Assembly (NCBI GenBank): GCA_965644295.1
Contig: CBFFRP010000066.1
Coordinates: 1-64,000, forward strand
DNA length: 64,000 nucleotides
Reading direction: 5' to 3'
Source of the DNA: Paraphysomonas bandaiensis
Lineage: Eukaryota > Protista > Chrysophyceae
The notes under the pieces were generated by a model, which was not told where the DNA came from, ran no database searches, and saw only the letters and a list, made by a program, of their open reading frames with translations. A program made the translations under genes and the position numbers. Positions 19,501 to 31,200 of the stretch are shown piece by piece; the stretch's first letter is position 1, and every line of letters starts with the position of its first letter.

Positions 19501-22085
19501 TGTTGAGTTTTGCTGTTGGAGCAATTAAAAGCTGTAATATTAAGGTATTGGAATTATGACGGTTTTAGTCGAAAATACAATAGTGGTTAACAGTATTATG
19601 AGAACTAACATGATGGCTACTGTAGCAATGAAACTGAATATTATATATTGATCATACAAGATAGTGACGATGTAAGATCGTACGAGAAATGGTTGGTCGT
19701 AGAGATAACATGAAATTGATGAATGAGAAGAGATATTGATTATAGTTTTATAATAAGATTAATGAGTGAATACACGTCCAGTCAACATACACATGCATGC
19801 GTTTGCTGCAAATTAACGACAAATCTTGAGCATATATAAATTTCACCTAATCTTATAGTTCATTACAGTACACCATCTAGTTCTCATTATTGCTTGCGCA
19901 TGTAACAGAAAAGCAATAACTGTACCCCAATGAATGAACTGATTATTACTCAACAGCCCAATAGTACTCCAGCTACACACTCTACTACTCTAGTCTCTAG
20001 TACCACTACTTATTACCTGAGACTAGCCGGGAGTCTCTGGAGCTTAAAGCCATTTCTGATGCAATTCTCTTTTTACCACGACTGAGAGCATTGCTCAGTA
20101 AGTCGAGCATATCCACTACCTCACCTGCATAGTCTTCTTTTTCCATTTCAAACACGGTTTCATGCTGTAAATCAGCACATGAATCAACGACGTACTCGGA
20201 CTGAACTTTCACTGCGCATTTCAAATGCTTTTCTCCCCTCCAATACTAATAGGCATTCTGCTTGCTTGCGTCATCTTCAATAACCTCGAGACATACACTC
20301 TCCGCTTTTCTACAGGTCACGGGAACCCACTTGTCACGCTCATTTTGTCGATAATGAGGCATAAACCTTTACAATAGCTCTCCCGCATAGTAATGAAGCT
20401 TGCTATACGAACTCACAGTTAATAATGGCTCAAACCATCCCTATCTGCTTCTTGGAGTTCCAAAACGCTGTTCATATACCAGTGCCTGCCAATACTTCAA
20501 TGTTCTGTTCGACGTCACACTTTAGTCAGCCGCATAGCATTTGCGATTACTACTCAATCACAACTTCACTGCAATCAAGTCAGAGTTATCATCACGACTA
20601 AGATTCGTGTCCTCACAGGGAGTGTTGCCTGGAGTGACACTTCTTTATTGGCATGCTCCATTTCTAATAGGCTTCTGAGGAATGTTTTTTTGGACAAGAC
20701 GATGAAAAACGACGCTTTTGTTCCCGTTAGCAGGAAGGGCATCCCAGTAGAGCTCATAGAACTCCCATACATACACTCGTATCCAGAATATACTCCAGAG
20801 CGCAAGTAAAAATCCCTTGCCTGACAATCCTGGAGTTTTACTTGCGCTCTGGAGCTGGAGGAAGATTTTACTCCCTTGCCTGACGATCCTGCAGAGTGTT
20901 CGATCATGGAAGGCCGCAGTCCTGATCCCTTCTATCAGATATTGCATGCTCTTACTTGTCCAGATACACTGGATGAAATGATTCGTTACTAATATTCGCC
21001 GCAAGAGAATGGATACTTTAAACGAGCAGCACCATGTGGCAGCTCGAACTGGAGACATCACGGTATCATGACCAGCTCACTTCTTCCTGCATCGTTTTGT
21101 TTCTACTTGTAATATTTTTTGCTATCTGTTCCTTAGTCTTAGTTTGTTCCATTTTTACCATTAACTAACATTCGATACTTAGTAACACTTACTTCGACAC
21201 GTAGTAACCTTTCGACACTTAGTAACACTTACTTCTATTCACACTTAGTAACAACTTATATTATCATGTAATATACACAGTAGTCAACAAAATATCAATT
21301 AACTAAGATGTGATGGCTACTGTAGCAATGAAACTGAATATTATATATTGATCATACAAGATAGTGACGATGTAAGATCGTACGAGAAATGGTTGGTCGT
21401 AGAGATAACATGAAATTGATGAATGAGAAGAGATATTGATTATAATTTTATAATAAGATTAATGAGTGAATACACGTCCAGTCAACATACACATACACGA
21501 TGGCTACTGTAGCAATGAAACTGAATATTATATATTGATCATACAAGATAGTGACGATGTAAGATCGTACGAGAAATGGTTGGTCGTAGAGATAACATGA
21601 AATTGATGAATGAGAAGAGATATTGATTATAATTTTATAATAAGATTAATGAGTGAATACACGTCCAGTCAACTTAGTAACACTTACTTCTACTCACACT
21701 TAGTAACAACTTATATTATCATGTAATATACAGTAGTCAACAAAATATCAATTAATTACTTAGTTAATCATCCAATTGTGTCATAACTTGACATAGTAGC
21801 GGATGGTAGTTGAAAACAACTGCTGAAGCGTGACCATTGGAATGTAACTGGACAGATGAGCAGGAGTCCATACATACGACTTGTAGGGCGGGAGGAACGA
21901 TCAGTAATACTGCTGTGTACAGTAGAAACATACATAGGAAATAAAATCAGTACTATTTACTATTTTAAGGCGAATTTACATAAAAAAACGAAGAAGAAAC
22001 GTTGCTAGAGACTAGAGGACATACTTGGATCCATCAGATATGGTAGAATTACAGCTTTTAATTGCTTCAACAGCAAAACTCAACA
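19501..22085. mobile_element. Non-autonomous 2585-bp element with 38-bp TIRs derived from a copia LTR end and a 5-bp TSD (TCAAG)
   Basis: TGTTGAGTTTTGCTGTTG(G/A)AGCAATTAAAAGCTGTAAT at 19501-19538 and inverted at 22048-22085. TCAAG at 19496-19500 and 22086-22090. Confidence 0.85.
21220..21754 (+). repeat. B-A-A-B repeat: two tandem ~175-bp copies of 19612-19787 flanked by ~80-bp direct repeats
   Basis: gatggctactgtagc...cagtcaac at about 21313 and 21499; ttagtaacacttacttcta...aatatcaattaa at about 21220 and 21674. Confidence 0.9.
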
Positions 22086-22915
22086 TCAAGTAAGAAATTG
22101 TAATTAATAATCTGAAATCTGAGCCCTAACCCTAATATGGAAGGAATTAGTAAAAAATATTTTAAATAATACTTTTTACATTGTTGTTAATATCTTCATA
22201 GTTACTTATTGTGCATAGTTATACCCTTTTCCAACCATCATCAAAAATTTCACCAGGTTTTATACATTTCACCAGGTTTTGGTATTACCTCGACTTCTAG
22301 TTGACTTCTAGTTGACTGCTAGTTATACATGTATCGCAATTTAAAAGATTTCACATCTATTTTACCTCTATGGGACTAGATAGTCATAGCATAAAGGTTA
22401 TTGTGATCACTGTTGTTTCGTCTCACTGCATTCTACATTGAGTGGGAGTATTAGAATATGGATCTTATTCTAGTATATTCAGTATATATGTCACTTGAAG
22501 ACAATGTAGGAAAATACAGTAAAATATAGTGATGTACAAATGCTGTGATGATATTGAGAAACTGAAATAGTTTGATCTTTTAAGATATGTTTAGTAACGA
22601 GAGGTTCGCATATGTAGGATATTATGCGTGGAACAAAATGAGTTTGTGTTGTTTATCACAGCTTCGTGTAAACGATATTAATAAATCTATCTAGTCTTAC
22701 GACAAATTCTCTGTGATCTACTGAACAATATCTTATGAGCAATATCCAACACGCTGGTGGAAATAAAACTCGGTGTTTTTATTTCGTTGTATACTTCAGG
22801 TTTTGATTCTTTTGGCGGTGCGGGTGGTTGACGATGCATTTTTTTATTATAATCAACATAATTTTTAGATGGTTAAATTTCCAACCACATTTTTTTCTTG
22901 GTATTATTAAAAGAC

Positions 22916-23345
22916 ATGTCCGATAAACTCGATATCGAACAAATCGGAGCTCCCATCGAAGAAAACACTCTGGAAAATCAAACCCCTCTTACTAAACCTA
23001 AAAAAACGAAGTGATGCACAGATGAAAGCATCTGAAAAAGTTCACGAAAAGAGAATGGCATCTATCAAAGAAAATCAACAACCAAAAAAGAAAAAGGTTA
23101 AAACACCTATGGTCTCTACTAAGTTATTACCGCAAGAGGAAGAAGCAGGCGATAGTGATGATAATCCATTTATAGTTGTTTAAAGAAAACGTGTTACACG
23201 TAAACCAAAAACTCGAATCATAGTAGAGGAATCAGATAGTGAAGAAGAAGAGGAAGAATCTATCGATGATGATTACGAAGATGACGAATACGAACACTAT
23301 AAACGAGGGCCTAAGCGACAAACAAACCACAGAGCAAGAGTCTGA
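22916..23345 (+). pseudogene. Degraded intronless K/E/D-rich ORF, possibly a virophage/Polinton-like virus relic
   Basis: MSDKLDIEQ...PLTKPKK, frameshift, RSDAQMKASEKVHEKR...FIVV*RKRVTRKPKTRIIVEESDSEEEEE. One frameshift and one internal stop. Confidence 0.4.
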
Positions 23346-23560
23346 AATGAGCGATTTCAAACATGCAGTATGCATTTGCATCAACTCGACGTTATCTCAC
23401 GCTTCTGTTATGCGAGACTTATCAACTTTCAAATCTGAAACCACAGTATTTTCAAGTTTTCAAAATTTAAATGAAAGCGCGAATTAATTATTGCGATAAT
23501 TTGTGATTGTCATACTCAAATATCGAACAACTGGCACTCATAACGCACAAGACTATATCA

Positions 23561-24326
23561 TCACAAATACTTATCTTCCAAGGCTTCGTACTTCTCATAA
23601 TCAGTTCCGTACTCCCAGGGAATATAACCATCATCACCGCTTCTCTTAGCCTTGTTCTTCTCAGCTTTCATGGACTTGTGCTTGCCTTTGTTGACCAGAT
23701 CCACCGCTTGAATTTTTGTTTTTTGTAGTTTCTATAATATTTACAAGTGAGAAAAAAGTTGAGCAAATTGCATAGAAATATACCGAGATTTCAGCAGATA
23801 GAGTAGTTAAGCTCTCTGCGGAAAGTTTTTCTCCATTTCTTTTTAGGATCTCAGAGAGGAAAGCAGTAAGACAGAACGATGTGGAATTCGCCAATTTATT
23901 GGCTACTGTGATACCGAAGTTGACGTGATCTTCTCTATTTCTAAGAGATATTCCAGCCACCCCAGAAGACACTGATCGCTTGGCAGCAGTAGGGTTTCCA
24001 CCCGGGTTGAATAGTTCAGCAGCAATGTCAGCATCTGCCTCTTCGACCTGCTTCCTCTCCCGTATTCTGCGCTCCTCTTCAGTTTCATTTTCCTGCTGAG
24101 CAATCTTTAACTGGTTCTCCAATTTAGCTGCCTCAAGTCTCTCTTTTTTCTTTTGTGCTTCTATTTGAGCGGGTGTGGGTTTAGCTGCTGCAGCTGCTGC
24201 CTCAGCTGCTCTCTTTTGCTCAATGAGTGTCTCATCCTCCTCCTCCTCATTATCAAAATTGGCGTTTGAGGGAAGCTTTGGGACTGCATAAGTATCAGGA
24301 TCTTCATCATCCCAAGAGTCAGCCAT
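23561..24326 (-). CDS. eIF3j: Eukaryotic translation initiation factor 3 subunit J, 2 exons
   Basis: MADSWDDED start, ERRIRERKQVEEADADIAAELF, acidic tail YEKYEALEDKYL* after an intron at about 23783-23732. Confidence 0.9.
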
Positions 24327-24661
24327 TTTTTTAATACAATGTCTTTAAATTTATTGAGTTATGTTATGTATGTATAGCAGACCCTAACCATAACCCCGAA
24401 GGTCCTAAGTCCGTTTTTGGGATTGAGGAGTGGGATTAAGGACTGGGTTAATAATTGCGCCTTGCTCACCCCTAAAATCCTTTTGTCCTAAATATTCCAT
24501 ATTTGGGGATTTTTTGGGGAAATTTAAAATGGCCTACAAATCAATATACAGTACATAGTGCATCAGTATATACAAAGCATTGCATACCCACAGAGCTTAA
24601 AAAAGGGATTTTCATAAAAAGATAGGAAAATGTGGTATGTTGTACTGTTGTCACGTATCGA

Positions 24662-24800
24662 CAGTCAGCATCATTTTTTTCGGAAATATATTGAAGCAAA
24701 TATACTCTATATTACTGAAATAAAAGTACGGCTGGAATATAGATAATTGTTGTCTCAATATTAGAGGCATCTTTGAACAAAAATATACAAAGGATGTTGA
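24662..24800 (+). mobile_element. ~135-bp MITE-like repeat, copy 1
   Basis: Core cggaaata..ttgaagcaaatatac...tcaatattagaggcatc...aaaatatacaaa shared with three other copies; imperfect TIR CAGTCAGCATC...GATG(C/T)TGA. Confidence 0.8.
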
Positions 24801-25266
24801 TACGTCATGGCGCCAACAGCATAAGAAAAAAAAAAACTTCGTCTTCTAAAGTGGCCGAAGAAGTACAGCTAAAAAGTGAATGCGGCTTGAAAGGGTGGGA
24901 TATGTTCTGTTTGAAAAACCTGACGCACATACTATCAAACTTACCTCCCATTGACCCTCGTAGATGAGATCAATGTACAGTACAACTATAAGGCATACAG
25001 CATACCACACACCCAACCTGAGGATGGAATGGGCTACTAGTAATATGTAGGTAGGTATGGATGACTGATAGTGTACATCATACCTTATAGAACACACAAA
25101 TAGGAGATGAAGTAAGTCATTTCATTTCATTGTGGGATAACATGCATCGAGAGGTCAACTGGAGTGTTACCGCATGTTGCATGTGTTCATATTTGGAGGT
25201 TTGATAGCATCAACTCTCGTATATTTTATTACATGCTCTCATGTGTGCATATACATATACATACAT

Positions 25267-28200
25267 ATGAATCCATCCATTCGCTGTGTATGTCTGCTTA
25301 TCAGTTTATTTAACTCTCGTATCGTAACACTCACAATTGCCTCAGTTGTCTCTCAAGAGTCAGCGCTATGTGACTTCATTCAGGCGACTGATGTTACCTC
25401 CATATGGTCTGAGTGGACCTGTGAGGATGTGGGGAATAAATGCACTTTCACTGGAATAACTTGTTCAGGATCCAACATAACCAGAGTGAGCTTATATGAT
25501 GATGGGATATCAGGATTTCTCCCGTCCTCTATCGGTAATATGACTGCATTGACATATTTGAGCATTGGTTCCAACTCTCTCAACGGTACTCTCCCCTCAT
25601 CATTGGGTCAGATGACTGCATTGACATATCTGCATATTGCTGACAACTCTCTCAGCGGTGCTCTGCCCTCATCATTGGGTCAGCTTATTTCTCTTGTTGA
25701 GCTCCGTCTATATGACAATTCCTTAATGGGTTCTCTCCCGTCATCATTGGGTGATATGACTGCATTGACATATCTGCATATTGCTGACAACTCTCTCAAC
25801 GGTACTCTGCCCTCATCATTAGGTCAGATGACTTCTCTTGTTCATCTCAGTCTATATGGCAATTCCTTTATGGGTTCTCTGCCGTCATCTTTGGGTGATA
25901 TGACTGCATTAACATATTTGAATATTAAGTACAACTCTCTCATCAGTAGTCTGCCGTCATCATTGGGTCAGCTTACTTCTCTTCGTTATCTCGGTCTACA
26001 TGTCAATTCCTTAACGGGTACTCTCCCGTCATCTATCGGTGAGATGACTGCATTGACATATTTGAATATTCACTCCAACTCTCTCTTCGGTACTCTACCC
26101 TCATCATTGGGTCAGCTGACTTCTCTTGGTTCTCTCTATCTACGATACAATTCCTTTACGGGTCCTCTCCCTGACTCTTTTTCCAGTCTCACCAAATTAG
26201 ATATTCTAAGTGGTGAGGACAATATGTTCACAGGTGTCTACCCTACCGAGCTATGCACAATGACTAAATTATCAACATTCTACCTCACCCAAACCGCTTA
26301 CCATGAATGCTTGAGGCCCACGTCCGCACCGACTCCTTTCCCCTCAGGACAACCATCTAGCACCCCTACAGGGCAGCCATCGGGTGAACCAACAGGACAG
26401 CCTTCAGGTCAACCATCTCCGGTTCCCACTGGGCGTCCATCATGTCAACCCACAGGTGAGCCATCTGGGATCCCAACAGCACAGCCATCAGGTGAGCCAT
26501 CTGGGATCCCCACTGGACAGCCATCATGGCAACCAACAGCACAGCCATCAGTGGAGCCATCTGGGATCCCAACAGCACAGCCATCATGTCAACCCACAGG
26601 TGAGCCATCTGGGATCCCCACTGGACAGCCATCATGTCAACCAACAGCACAGCCATCATGTCAACCCACAGGTGAGCCATCTGGGATCCCCACTGGGCAG
26701 CCATCATGTCAACCAACAGCACAACCATCAGGGGGGCCATCTGGGATCCCTACCGCACAACCATCTGCTGAGCCATCTGGGATCCCAACAGGACAGCCTT
26801 CATATCAACCCACAGGTGAGCCATCTGGGATCCCCACTGGGCAGCCATCAAGTGAGCCATCTGGAATCCCTACAGGACAGCCATCATGTCAACCAACAGC
26901 ACAACCATCAGGGGGGCCATCTGGGATCCCTACCGCACAACCATCTGCTGAGCCATCTGGGATCCCTACAGGACAGCCTTCATATCAACCCACAGGTGAG
27001 CCATCTGGGATCCCCACTGGGCAGCCATCAAGTGAGCCATCTGGAATCCCTACAGGACAGCCATCATGTCAACCAACAGCACAACCATCAGGGGGGCCAT
27101 CTGGGATCCCTACCGCACAACCATCTGCTGAGCCATCTGGGATCCCTACAGGACAGCCTTCATATCAACCCACAGGTGAGCCATCTGGAATCCCTACAGC
27201 ACAGCCTTCATGTCAACCATCTCCGGTTCCCACTGGGCGTCCATCATGTCAACCCACAGGTGAGCCATCTGGGATCCCCACTGGACAGCCATCATGGCAA
27301 CCAACAGCACAGCCATCAGTGGAGCCATCTGGGATCCCAACAGCACAGCCATCATGTCAACCCACAGGTGAGCCATCTGGGATCCCCACTGGACAGTTAT
27401 CATGTCAACCAACAGCACAACCATCGGGGGGGCCATCTGGGATCCCTACCGCACAGCCATCTGCTGAGCCAGCTGGGATCCCAACAGCACAGCCATCATG
27501 TCAACCCACAGGTGAGCCATCTGGGATCCCCACTGGGCAGCCATCATGTCAACCAACAGCACAACCATCAGGGGGGCCATCTGGGATCCCTACCGCACAA
27601 CCATCTGCTGAGCCCTCTGGGATCCCAACAGGACAGCCTTCATATCAACCCACAGGTGAGCCATCTGGGATCCCTACAGCACAGTCATCAAGTGACCCAT
27701 CTGGAATCCCTACAGGACAGCCATCATGTCAACCAACAGCACAACCATCAGGGGGGCCATCTGGGATCCCTACCGCACAACCATCTGCTGAGCCATCTGG
27801 GATCCCTACAGGGCAGCCTTCATGTCAACCATCTCCGGTTCCCACTGGGCGTCCATCATGTCAACCCACAGGTGAGCCATCTGGGATCCCCACTGGACAG
27901 TTATCATGGCAACCAACAGCACAACCATAAGGGGGGCCATCTATTGAATTACACCCTCTATTGTGTCACGCAAAACGACGACCTGTTAGCTACCTCGTAT
28001 GAAGAAATGCTCTCGAATGCAGTCGTTTGGGAAACTCTCTGTTGTAAGAACATATTTGTGGATTTGAATATGCTTGTGCTGCAAGAATATAGTGTGGGCT
28101 GGAATATGGTTGCAGTAACCTTTTCGGCAGCTCCGTCATCCGGCAGTGATATGTGGATATCTGCTGAGGTGTCAAATAGCAGTGGTTCGTACACTGCATC

Positions 28201-31200
28201 CCCCTTTCTGGATAACACTGTGACTGTTACACATTCTTCATGGTCGAAGACACATTTCTTCACTGTCGCCAACTGTGCACCGGGACTGTACACACTGCAG
28301 GTGACTATGATGGATTTTGCAGTGCAGCAGGAGTATGATGTGATCTTCCGAAGTGGACAGTCGTTCACTGTAGAACCCTCTGCAGTAGAACCCAGCACCC
28401 CGCGTTTAACGTCAGCGCAATTCTTGAAGAGTGGTGAGTCGGCTGTCCTGAAATTTGATTCACCTACGGACAAGGCGCAATATTCCTCATATTTCAAGTG
28501 CTCCCGTCTCCTGGATTTAGCTGGGGCCTCATCGTCGGACTGCCTCTGGACCTCTGCCACCACACTTACTGTGTATTTCAAAGGGCCTCTTCTTCCTGAA
28601 GTGGGTGATAGTGTGGTGCTGCTGCAGGGTCAAGTGAGAGCTCAATGCACCTCCACATCATCCGAGTGCACTGGCTGGGCTACTGTGAACAGAACAGAGA
28701 TGGTTTTAGCTGCCCCCTACGACCCCATCTCACCCACGCTCGTTGTGACATACCCAAAGGTCTCCGGTCCCTGTGACAGCCCTGTGATCGATATTACTGC
28801 CTCCTCTGGTTCGGGTGGTCGACCATGGAAGCACTTTAACATCACTGTGACCAGTGTTAGTGATACTGTCCATAGAGTTCAGAAATGGCTTACAGGGAAT
28901 TACGTGATTAGCCCACCACCTGCAATGCCCGCCCAACTATTTCAAGGTGGTTATAGGTACATCTTTGAGCTATGGCTGTGCAATTTTCTCAGTGAATGCA
29001 GCTCTGCCATAGCTATCATAAAAACAGTCAATGATATTCTGCCGCATGTTTCTATGGTGGGACAACTCTCTCGACAGATATTCACTTACACTCCTCTGGC
29101 ACTGCAGTCAAATGCTTTTCTAACTGAATGCGACGGTTCTGCATCGTATTCCAACTTAATATATGATTGGAAAATATTCGAGGGTGAAATGGAGCACTCT
29201 GAGTTAGTATCATTGTCGAGTGACCCGAGAAAGTTTAAGTTACCACCTTATTCTTTGAATGTAAGTTCTGTTTATGAAATAAAGTTATCTGTGACAAGCT
29301 CTCTGTCGGGGCTGTCGTCGTCAGCACTGGTATACGTGTCAGTAGTTCAGTCCGATATTGTGGCAATCATTGAGGGAGGATCACAGCAATCATTGCGAAT
29401 CGGCGGGAGTGTGTTATTGGATGCATCTGGCAGTTATGATAAAAACATTCCACCCGAATTACGCCCTCCAGCTGAGAGCAGTGGGTTTGAATTCCGTTGG
29501 ACTTGTATGCAGTTGTTTCCAGCTCTCCGTCTGCGGTGTGATGATTTGAATATACAATCGAACAGTATCACAACTCCACATTTACTACATATATTCACTA
29601 CGAATAAGACAAAGGAGCACTCGGAGTATTCGATAAGTGTGGAGGTGCTTAGTGTTGCTGACGGCAGGCACGCAGAGAGCTCAGTGGTTGTGCGGGTGAC
29701 TGAAGCATTGGCTCCGATTGTGTCTATAAGGAGGAGCGGAGCAGCGAAAGGTGTCAACCCTGCGTCTTCTCTAGTTTTGCTGGGAACAGTGCATTTAAAT
29801 ATAGCTCAATCAGCAATTTGGACTATCAACGAGCCGTCTGTTGCTCTGGCTTCTATTACATCTACCGCGACGTATGTATCACTAGCGAAAGGGCTACAGT
29901 CCGTCAATTTGGTTGTTAGTGCCGGGTCTATTCCTGGTCGGTCGGTTCCCTATGTGTTTTCACTTACCTGTGGCTCGTCCACAGCATCATTGACAGTTAT
30001 TTTTAATACTCCTCCTCAACCTGGTCAACTTTCAGTGTTCCCTCCCTCAGGTATAGCGTGGGATACAGTCTTTACACTCATTGCGGAGTCTTGGACTGAT
30101 GAAGACTTGCCATTGTCCTATGTAATGGGTTATGTGGAGGATGGCCGCTATCCGATTGTGAGAAGTCGGTTGGAGACGTCGTATGCCAGCTCCACATTTC
30201 CACCTGGGGACAGTATGAATGGATACATACTGTTGTGTTATGTTCGTGTGATGGATAGTTCGGATGCAGTTTCTTGGTTGCAGACGTCGGTTGTGATTCG
30301 TTCCAATACAGCCCTCTCGGCAACATTAGCTAGCGAGATGTTTCGATTGGAACTAGAATCGAGCGGAAACAATATTGAGTTGACGAAGCAAATCCTCTCA
30401 TTGTCCAGTTCTTATCTGAATACCAAGAACTGCACCTCAGCACCCAACTGTACCACTCTGAACCGTCACGAGTGTTTTAGTGTTGATCATACATGTGGAT
30501 CATGCTTGGCTGGGTATGTGGGAGAAGAGGGTGCATCTAACCATGGTTGTGTACCTGAAAATGATTTGTTGACACCTTCTCCTGGTGTGGTTTGTGGCAC
30601 TGACTATGACTGCAGTGTATGGGAGTACTGTAAGATTACGGAGTCACCCTCCGTTTGTGATTATCGTCGGCAGACATGCACCGGTAACTGCTCGCGTCGA
30701 GGCACTTGCATACTTCAGGACAGTGACAGCGGAGCTGCTGTATCCGAGTGTCTATTGATTGACTCTTCATGTGAGGCGAAGTGTCTATGTGATGAAGGAT
30801 TCAGTGGCTTGTTTTGTGAGTATACAGCTGAGGAGGCGAGAATACGCACTAATATGAGAGAAGCCAATCTCAATGAGTTAGATGGTGTCACTAGAGTGGA
30901 TGATCCAACTGTGGAGTCGATGTTGGAGTGGCAACAACTTTTAGTAACACTTACGACACAATCGAGTGAACTATCTGAAGTGGGGGTAGAGCATGGTCTC
31001 AATATTGCTGACGTGATTTTAAGCAACACTACACTGCAAACGGTGGACATATATGAGGCGTATAGTGACACTCTGACAGCAGTAGATAGCATTGCCACTG
31101 TGTCAATGAATATTTTGTCACCTTCATTGGACTCGTCGAATACCACTCACCCTCACCGCAGCCTCCTTAACGAGAGCTCATTCATCGCGTCCCGAGTTTC

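Noticed and set aside
20006-21061. ORFs inside the TIR element as its transposase
   Set aside because: Fragmented by stops with no recognisable DDE or other catalytic motif.
22124-22135. CCCTAACCCTAA as interstitial telomere or telo-box (similar at about 24381)
   Set aside because: Only one or two units; not distinguishable from chance.
26384-27940. His/Gln-rich N-terminus of the 2046-aa ORF as a metal-binding protein
   Set aside because: It is the shifted-frame shadow of the PT/PS stalk, which is in frame with the LRRs.
26317-27942. CRISPR-like array
   Set aside because: Coding tandem repeat with no unique spacers, no cas genes and a eukaryotic context.
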